Source of the DNA: Bacteroidota bacterium
Lineage (GTDB): Bacteria; Bacteroidota; Bacteroidia; Sphingobacteriales; Sphingobacteriaceae
Reading direction: 5' to 3'
Length of the DNA: 64,000 nt
NCBI GenBank assembly: GCA_037032985.1
Contig: JAZBLB010000027.1
Span: forward strand, 4,295 to 68,294
A program made the position numbers and the translations under genes. This document shows, piece after piece, positions 57,170 to 64,000 of this stretch. The first letter of the stretch is position 1, and every line of letters starts with the position of its first letter. Under the pieces are notes generated by a model. It searched no databases. It was not told where the DNA came from and saw only the letters and a program-made list of their open reading frames with translations.

Positions 57170-60100
57170 TTAGAAGGAAACGTTGAGGTTAATACCAAAA
57201 CTGCGAACTGTTGGCGATTGTAAACCGGTTGACGGTGTTGCATAATTATATTGATCCAGATCTACATCTTTGAAGCGTTTATCTTTATAGAAGTAAAGCA
57301 GGTTCCGGCCGTAAACTGACAGAGACGCCTTTCTGATGAAAGTTTTTTCTAGTAGTTCTTTAGAGAATTCATATCCCAGGGTAACCTCACGAAGTTTAGT
57401 AAAGGTTTTACTCATCAGGTTGGCCTCATCCACATTGTAATACTTACTTACATAATCCTGTACAAAGGCAACTTGGGTATTCGGTGCGTATTGCAAGGCT
57501 GAATAATTAAGGATTGCTCCGGTGTTCGAATCATAATTTATCGCTGCACCGTTGGAAATCACAACCCCCTCCCCAACGAAGCTCCCATTATAACCGGCCT
57601 TTCCAAAGTTCGACCAGTCCTGGTATCTTGCTGCACCTAAGGCGCCTTCTGCGGTTTGTGCATTAGCCCCCCCACGCATGGTTTTGTTGTGCATGTAATC
57701 GACGATTACCCCACCAACATTGCCGTCAAACTGTATACCTAGGCTCAGGTTTTTATATTGGAATTTATTGTAAATACTCCAGTTAAACCTGCCGATTTCA
57801 TTGCCTAGAAATTGTGCTGTTGGATTAATTAATGGCTTTCCTGCGGCATCATTGATGATTTTCCCTTCTGGTGTTTTTACAAACGCAGTTCCATATAATT
57901 TATCGGTTCGATCACCAGCCTTAAAAAAGGTCGCGTAAATGCTCTGCCCTTCAGGAAGCTCTTTATACACCTCTTTGTAGGTAGAAATATTCGTTAAAAT
58001 GTTCCAGCTGAAGCCATCAGCTTGTTTGAAAACGTCTCCGCTTAGCGATCCCTCATAACCCGTTTTTTTTGTTTTCAGTGCATTCAGGTATTCAATGGTG
58101 TAGCCTGTAGCTGTTGAAATGGCGTTTGGCAAAATCCTTGGACCATCAATATATTGGAAAGCCGTTCCACTGAAAGTTAACCTGTTTTTTAAAAATCTGA
58201 TGTCAAAGCCCTCTTCATAATTTACACGAGTAGATGTTTTGATCCCGTTCTGGTATAAATAATCAGATGCATAACCTGCAGTTTGACTATTGTAGGGTTT
58301 GCTGGTTGCATAAGATGTATTTAATGAATAATCAGGGCCGTTGTATGGTGAAGTGTAAGTGGTGCCATATCCCAATGGATTATTAAACAAAGAAGGACCA
58401 GTGCTCCCGCCAAGTGCGGTAATGGAGCTGAATGGGGCAGGGCCTATGGTTGTCGACGTGGCATCTGAGCGAATATTGGAATAAGATGCCCTTACTTTTA
58501 GAAAGCTAATCAACTCAGGCATCTTAATATAATCCGATAAGACTGAAGCGATGGATAAGCTCGGATAGAAATAGGTGGTAGGCACCTGGAATGCAGAAGA
58601 TTTATCCAGACGACCGGTGCTGGAAATGGTGGCGTATTTGCCTAAACCCAAATCCAATGAATAGTATGCACTTAGTACCCGCATTCCCGAATTGAAGCTG
58701 GTCGATTGGATTGGATTCTTTGAATTGCTGAAGGCGTAAACTTCCGGAACATTCAGGTAATCTGTAGAAGTCCAGCTGGAGTTGTAGGACATGTTACGCA
58801 TGTTTCCACCAATTAAACCTGAGATATTGAAGAACTTTTTAATGGTATAGTCATAATTCAACATCAGTTCTGTGTTGTTGTCGAACAGGTCACGGCGGTC
58901 TTCACGGTAATCTCCCTCATTTCCTTCCCGTCCGTAAGGATGAGCAGAAAACGGCATTTTTTCGGTGCGCAGAATGTTGTAAGTATCAATCTGAGAGCGG
59001 ATAGTTGCATTCAGATTTGTGTTAATTTTATAATTGGCCAGAAGGTAACCAGTCGTATTGGTTTTGCGGTGCCCTCTAGTCCATTCTTTCACCATAAACC
59101 AGGGATTATGATAACGGGTATATTCTGCAAACTGTTGCTGAATCCCTTCTTTTCCGGGCTGCCAGATGGCTTTAATATCCGGTGCGTTCACATCCCAATC
59201 CGCTCCGGTCCAAATGGCGAGGTTATAAATCAAACTGTTTGGTCCATATTGAACATCCGGAAAATTATCAGTGTTTTGACGGTTGAAATTAACATTACCT
59301 TCAAATTTCCATCGTGGACTTGGATTGAAGGAAGCATACATATTCACATTTGCAATATCAAGGTATTGTTCAGGAATATAGCTGTTCTGATGTTGCTGCG
59401 AGGCTGAAAACCGAATAGTATGGTTCTCCCCATTGGAGGTTAAGGCAATATTGTTATTGGTTTGAAAGCCAGTACGCAGAAAATTAGTTAAGTTGTTGGC
59501 TCCACGTGCGGTATAGGGGGTTGGCTGACGAACACCATTAATAATCGGACTATCGTATTGCGCAATCAACTGTCCGTTGAAGAAGGGTCCCCATACATCA
59601 TAATCTGCATCTACACCACCAGGTGCACCGCCTTTACCATCAACAAACTGGTAAAAAGTATTTTCACCCGCCCCGTAAGCTTTCTGTACACGTGGAAAAG
59701 CTAAAAAGCCCTTGTTGATTACTGTGCTACTATTGACATCAATAGTCAAACCCTTTTTGTTTTTGTTCCCTTTTTTTGTGGTGATTAAAATGGCGCCGAA
59801 AGAGGCCCTGTTACCATAGAGTGCAGCAGCCGCCGGACCTTTTAAGACGGTATAACTCTCAATATCATCTGGACTGATATTGTAGGTGTCAGTGTTGATT
59901 GGAAAGCCATCTACTACATATAGTGAAATGGTATTTCCTCGGATGGCTACATTGGGTGAGCCCAGCAATTCAGCTGAAGGACCAACGGATAATCCGGCTA
60001 CTTTACCGATTAAACCCGTCACCGGATTGGGATCGCGGGCAAGTGTCAGGTCTTCACCCTGGACTGTAGAAACCGCATAACCGATTTTACGGTTGTCTTT

Positions 60101-60451
60101 TTTTACGCCCAGGGCGGTTACAACCACCTCGTTAAGGGTTTGATCGTTTCCTTTTAAGGTAATGGTAATTGGATTGGTAGTGTCTCCCACCGTAACCTCT
60201 GTAGGGGTAAAGCCTAGAAACTGAAATTGCAGGATCTGCCCAGGGTTGGCGTTTAGGATAAAGCGACCATAATTATCCGTAGTGGTTCCGGCCTTGGAAT
60301 CCTTGATCATTACACTTACACCGGGTAGCGGCTGGTTAGCCTCATCATTCACGATGCCGGAGATTTTGGCTTGTGCCAGTAAGATTAAAGGAGAAAGGAA
60401 GCACATCGCCAGGAGTACAAGCCTTTTTAAATGAGGGTAAAAAGCATCCAT
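57170..60451 (-). CDS. SusC/RagA-family TonB-dependent transporter
   Basis: 'PLPGVSV', 'LNEVVVTALG', 'DIESYTVLKGPAAAALYGNRA', C-terminal 'GINLNVSF'; start reassigned to the ATG at 60451. Confidence 0.95.
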   Translation of the reverse strand: MDAFYPHLKRLVLLAMCFLSPLILLAQAKISGIVNDEANQPLPGVSVMIKDSKAGTTTDNYGRFILNANPGQILQFQFLGFTPTEVTVGDTTNPITITLKGNDQTLNEVVVTALGVKKDNRKIGYAVSTVQGEDLTLARDPNPVTGLIGKVAGLSVGPSAELLGSPNVAIRGNTISLYVVDGFPINTDTYNISPDDIESYTVLKGPAAAALYGNRASFGAILITTKKGNKNKKGLTIDVNSSTVINKGFLAFPRVQKAYGAGENTFYQFVDGKGGAPGGVDADYDVWGPFFNGQLIAQYDSPIINGVRQPTPYTARGANNLTNFLRTGFQTNNNIALTSNGENHTIRFSASQQHQNSYIPEQYLDIANVNMYASFNPSPRWKFEGNVNFNRQNTDNFPDVQYGPNSLIYNLAIWTGADWDVNAPDIKAIWQPGKEGIQQQFAEYTRYHNPWFMVKEWTRGHRKTNTTGYLLANYKINTNLNATIRSQIDTYNILRTEKMPFSAHPYGREGNEGDYREDRRDLFDNNTELMLNYDYTIKKFFNISGLIGGNMRNMSYNSSWTSTDYLNVPEVYAFSNSKNPIQSTSFNSGMRVLSAYYSLDLGLGKYATISSTGRLDKSSAFQVPTTYFYPSLSIASVLSDYIKMPELISFLKVRASYSNIRSDATSTTIGPAPFSSITALGGSTGPSLFNNPLGYGTTYTSPYNGPDYSLNTSYATSKPYNSQTAGYASDYLYQNGIKTSTRVNYEEGFDIRFLKNRLTFSGTAFQYIDGPRILPNAISTATGYTIEYLNALKTKKTGYEGSLSGDVFKQADGFSWNILTNISTYKEVYKELPEGQSIYATFFKAGDRTDKLYGTAFVKTPEGKIINDAAGKPLINPTAQFLGNEIGRFNWSIYNKFQYKNLSLGIQFDGNVGGVIVDYMHNKTMRGGANAQTAEGALGAARYQDWSNFGKAGYNGSFVGEGVVISNGAAINYDSNTGAILNYSALQYAPNTQVAFVQDYVSKYYNVDEANLMSKTFTKLREVTLGYEFSKELLEKTFIRKASLSVYGRNLLYFYKDKRFKDVDLDQYNYATPSTGLQSPTVRSFGINLNVSF

Positions 60452-60631
60452 AATTGCCAAATAATTTTGTTTAAGATTACTTGGCAATACTAAACTTTGT
60501 TTATTATTTGTAAACTTATTTTACGTTAAGGATAGCTTAAACATTTGTTCGCTTATTGTTAACAGACCAGGTTTTTGGTAATGAAATCAATACAATTCTG
60601 TTAAGATGAATTAACATTATGGCAATACTAT

Positions 60632-61210
60632 TTAGTCCTGATGCTGTAGATGCTGAAGGGCCAAATCCTTTAGCTCTTGTAAGTTATCTATTGGAATGTC
60701 AATTAATTTTGCTTCATCGTCCCAGAAACGCATGCGGAGAATAATTTGCAAATCAGGATCCTGCTCAAACAACAGGGCTTCGGTCGCATCCATTGGTCCG
60801 CCCTGGAAACCTAACGTTATCCTGCTCGCGGGAGACAGCTTTTCATAATATTGGGAATCTTTATATGTGAGGTAACGTTTGGCAGTTACATGTCCACTTA
60901 CCAGCTTAGCCAGACGGGCTGAGAAACCTCGTTCCAGTAAATAATCTGCACCGATTTGTTCATGATCGATATTGCCCATGCCATCCATACTTCCCGCCTC
61001 ATCCGTGGCTGCACATAAGTGTCCAATATCATGGAAAAAAGCAGCAAGCACCACCTCGTTATCATAGCCTTCCAATTGGGCCAGTTTTGCGGCCTGCGAC
61101 ATGTGCTCAAGCTGCGAAACGGGTTCGCCAATGTAATCTTCATTTCCATGCTTCGTGTATAAAGCAAAAACTTCGTTAACCACGACCTGAGCAGTTGATG
61201 ATTTTTTCAT
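60632..61210 (-). CDS. PhnZ-like HD-domain phosphonate oxygenase
   Basis: 'GEPVSQLEHMSQAA', 'FHDIGH', 'DHEQIGA', 'HVTAKRYL', 'LSPAS..TL..QGGPM', 'WDDEAK'. Confidence 0.85.
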   Translation of the reverse strand: MKKSSTAQVVVNEVFALYTKHGNEDYIGEPVSQLEHMSQAAKLAQLEGYDNEVVLAAFFHDIGHLCAATDEAGSMDGMGNIDHEQIGADYLLERGFSARLAKLVSGHVTAKRYLTYKDSQYYEKLSPASRITLGFQGGPMDATEALLFEQDPDLQIILRMRFWDDEAKLIDIPIDNLQELKDLALQHLQHQD

Positions 61211-61356
61211 GTTGCTATATTATAACCCGAATAAAAAGTTAATGTTATTTAGGAATTAAGCTTTTGTATTTCTCGAGCTAATCTTTCGAAATAATCTAAA
61301 AACTTTGTCTGCATTGAATTAATTATCTAATTTTCGCTCCAAACAAAATCAGATCA

Positions 61357-61935
61357 ATGGAAGATGACGTGCTGATTCAAATCAGTAACCGGATTAAAGA
61401 CAGGCGACGTGAAAAAAATATTACTGTGCAGGAACTAGCCATCAGGGCTAATGTGAGTAAGGGATTAATTTCTCAGATTGAAAATAGCCGTACAGTACCG
61501 TCTTTAATTGTGCTCATCGATATTATAAAAGCACTGGAGATTGATTTAAATGTATTTTTCAAAGACATTAAATATAACGAAAGGAATTTTCCATTGCTCA
61601 TCCGCAGAAAAGAGGAGTATGATCATTTTGAAAAAGAAGATGCTGCGGGTTTCAGTTACCACCGTATATTCACGCAAACAATTAAACAATCAACTGTAGA
61701 TGTTGTGATCCTTGAACTTGAGCCTAATGCACAAAGACCACAAATCCAGACCGAGGCTTTCGAATATAAATACATTATAACTGGTAGTGTTGACTATCAC
61801 TTTGGTGATGATGTCTACCAGTTGAAACAGGGTGATTCAATGCTATTCGACGGCCGGATGCCACATACACCAAAAAATCCAGGTAAAACGAAAGCCAGTA
61901 TGCTTGTCATTTATTTTTTTGAAGAAAACCGCTAA
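61357..61935 (+). CDS. XRE-family HTH plus cupin transcriptional regulator
   Basis: 'TVQELAIRANVSKGLISQIENSRTVPS' and cupin 'GDSMLFDGRMPH'. Confidence 0.92.
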   Translation: MEDDVLIQISNRIKDRRREKNITVQELAIRANVSKGLISQIENSRTVPSLIVLIDIIKALEIDLNVFFKDIKYNERNFPLLIRRKEEYDHFEKEDAAGFSYHRIFTQTIKQSTVDVVILELEPNAQRPQIQTEAFEYKYIITGSVDYHFGDDVYQLKQGDSMLFDGRMPHTPKNPGKTKASMLVIYFFEENR

Positions 61936-62013
61936 ACTTAAATGTATCTTAACATTAAGGTAGTTTTGTAATAATAAACTAAGTTTAATTTTGCTAAACA
62001 TTAAATTGTTAGC

Positions 62014-62697
62014 ATGTCCATTAAACTTGTAGTATTCGATATGGCCGGTACCACGGTCAGAGATGAAAATAAAGTAACGCAAACTTTCAGAAATGCTTTA
62101 CAGCATCACGGGTATGATGTTCCGGAGTATATCATTAATCCTTTAATGGGTTATAAAAAGATCGTGGCCATTACCAAAATGCTTCATTTTTATGAGCCTA
62201 ACCAGTTAAAAATCACCTCAGATCTCATTTCCAAGATCCATGAAAGTTTTGTTCGCCTGATGATTGATTATTATCAAAAGGCAGATTTTCTGGAAGCCCT
62301 TCCGAATGCAGAGTCGACCATGTTAGCACTCAAAAAATCAGGAATCCAAGTTGGAATAAATACGGGTTTTTCCCGCGATATAGCCGAAGTGATCATTGGT
62401 AGATTAGCCTGGAGGGAAAAAGGGCTGTTTGACTTTTTGGTCTGCTCGGATGAAGTAGCCGAAGGCCGACCTAATCCTGGAATGATTAATCGTTTAAGGC
62501 AACTTGGTGGAATCGCTGAGGCAGATGAAGTGGCAAAAGTTGGCGATACCGAAGTCGATATTCGTGAAGGACAAAATGCAGGATGTAAGTATGCAATTGC
62601 GGTCACTACCGGTGCTTTTTCCAGAGCTGAACTAGAGCCTTATCATCCCACGCATATCATTGATGACATTGCTGAAGTGCTCGACATCGTTTTATAG
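62014..62697 (+). CDS. phosphonatase-like HAD hydrolase (PhnX-like)
   Basis: 'VFDMAGTT' motif I, 'LMGYKK' cap Lys, 'NTGF', 'GRPNP', 'KVGDTEVDIREG'. Confidence 0.85.
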   Translation: MSIKLVVFDMAGTTVRDENKVTQTFRNALQHHGYDVPEYIINPLMGYKKIVAITKMLHFYEPNQLKITSDLISKIHESFVRLMIDYYQKADFLEALPNAESTMLALKKSGIQVGINTGFSRDIAEVIIGRLAWREKGLFDFLVCSDEVAEGRPNPGMINRLRQLGGIAEADEVAKVGDTEVDIREGQNAGCKYAIAVTTGAFSRAELEPYHPTHIIDDIAEVLDIVL

Positions 62698-62706
62698 ATA
62701 GCTGCG

Positions 62707-64000
62707 ATGAAACTGGTAGAAACAATCCGCTCAAAAACGGCTAAATGGCCTTATGCTATTACCGCTATAGTCTCGGCTTTGGCGGCCTTCGGCGCATATT
62801 CATCTATGTATGCTTTTCGTAAAGCCTTCGCCGCGGGCACCTATTCAGGCCAGGTGTACCTTCATGTAGATTTTAAGGTTTGGCTTGTTATTTTTCAGGT
62901 GGTTGGCTATACGCTGAGTAAATTTTATGGTATCCGCTTCATTGCAGAACTAAACGGGAAAAGCAGGGGGCTGACAATTTTGGTATTGGTGGGCATTTCC
63001 TGGCTCGCCTTGCTGGGCTTTGCGCTCGTTCCAGCGCCATTTAATATGGTCTTTCTTTTTATAAATGGTTTTCCGCTTGGTTTAATCTGGGGCTTGGTAT
63101 TTGGATACCTCGAAGGACGGCGTTCTACTGAATTTATGGCTGCGGTGTTATCTATTAGCCTGATTTTTGGTTCAGGTTTTGTGAAAACAGTCGGGCAAAC
63201 GCTTCTTTATACTTACCGGGTAAATGAATATATGATGCCTTTTCTCACTGGTGCCCTGTTTGTATTTCCCATCCTGTTTTTTGTGATTGTGCTCGAACTG
63301 ATGCCCGAACCGACCGAGAAGGATAAACTGCTGCGGACCGAACGAAAACCCATGAGTGCACTAGAAAGGAAACAATTCATCACCCGTTTCCTGCCAGGAA
63401 TTCTCTTAACGATAGTGATTTATGTATTGCTCACCGTGATGCGGGATGTCCGGGATAATTTTGAAGTGGAAATCTGGAATAGTCTCGGCATTACCGATAA
63501 GAACATTTATGCAAAGATTGATAGTCGGATCTCAATTGTCGTACTCATTGCAATGAGTACACTTTTTCTAATTAAGCGGAATCTAAAGGCTTTCGGCATC
63601 ATTCACTTTTTGATTATCGGAGGATGTATACTCATAGGCGCATCTACCTGGCTTTTCAGTTTACACCTCATTGGCCCGGTTACCTGGATGACCATGGCTG
63701 GATTAGGTCTTTATCTTGGATATGTGCCCTACAACGCCATCTTTTTTGAGCGAATGATTGCTACCTTTCATTATAAAAGTAATGTGGGTTTTGTGATGTA
63801 TATCGCAGATTCCCTTGGTTACCTGGCCAGTGTAAGTGTATTATTGATCAAAGAATTTGGGAAGCCGAATATCAGTTGGGGGAATTTTTTTAAAGAAGGT
63901 GTAGTTCTGGTTGCAGTCATCGGCAGCATTTTCGGGGCTTTGTCCTTCATCTATTTTTTCCTTTCTGCTCGAAAAATCAGCATTAGTAAGAAATCACCAT
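62707..64000 (+). CDS. DUF5690-family multi-TM (MFS-like) protein; stop codon lies outside the window
   Basis: Not in the ORF track. Manual translation from the ATG at 62707 gives MKLVETIRSK...YSSMYAFRKAF...GYTLSKFYGIRFIAE...YLEGRRSTE; I saw no in-frame stop before the window end. Confidence 0.8.
   Translation, partial: MKLVETIRSKTAKWPYAITAIVSALAAFGAYSSMYAFRKAFAAGTYSGQVYLHVDFKVWLVIFQVVGYTLSKFYGIRFIAELNGKSRGLTILVLVGISWLALLGFALVPAPFNMVFLFINGFPLGLIWGLVFGYLEGRRSTEFMAAVLSISLIFGSGFVKTVGQTLLYTYRVNEYMMPFLTGALFVFPILFFVIVLELMPEPTEKDKLLRTERKPMSALERKQFITRFLPGILLTIVIYVLLTVMRDVRDNFEVEIWNSLGITDKNIYAKIDSRISIVVLIAMSTLFLIKRNLKAFGIIHFLIIGGCILIGASTWLFSLHLIGPVTWMTMAGLGLYLGYVPYNAIFFERMIATFHYKSNVGFVMYIADSLGYLASVSVLLIKEFGKPNISWGNFFKEGVVLVAVIGSIFGALSFIYFFLSARKISISKKSP

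Noticed and set aside
1-64000. CRISPR arrays, tRNA/rRNA genes, IS elements, defence systems
   Set aside because: No regularly spaced repeats with unique spacers, no cloverleaf or rRNA signatures, and no transposase, integrase or restriction/Abi-type ORFs were recognised.

Overview
Bacteroidota chromosomal window, most consistent with Pedobacter/Sphingobacteriaceae. This is inferred from gene content, the SusC/SusD pair and TTTG-N19-21-TAnnTTTG promoters. From left to right it holds: glmS (partial), a DUF4270 lipoprotein, a GT5-domain protein, panC-panD, an acyl-CoA dehydrogenase, rimP-nusA-infB, a visibly AT-rich surface-glycan island (acyltransferase, about 7 glycosyltransferase-like genes, MsbA-like ABC), meaB, a cold-shock gene, sdhCAB and a BlaI/M56-TonB module. 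A signalling-rich block follows at 33.4-40.5 kb, then assorted housekeeping genes (plsC, NUDIX, TonB receptor, OsmC, M1 peptidase, greA, HIT, pirin, PAP2, OYE/ArsR), two Lys-rich ORFs and a phosphonate-type locus (AP-superfamily enzyme, SusD, SusC, PhnZ-like HD oxygenase, XRE-cupin regulator, PhnX-like HAD, DUF5690, truncated at the window end). I found no rRNA, tRNA, CRISPR array, transposase or prophage. The two best candidates for undescribed systems are (1) a small Cys-tailed protein / 7TM protein / sensor-less His kinase / NarL-type regulator operon with a divergent LuxR solo and a NarL-type 7-2-7 site, and (2) a SusCD-coupled phosphonate utilisation locus. All family assignments come from recognising motifs by eye; no database searches were run.
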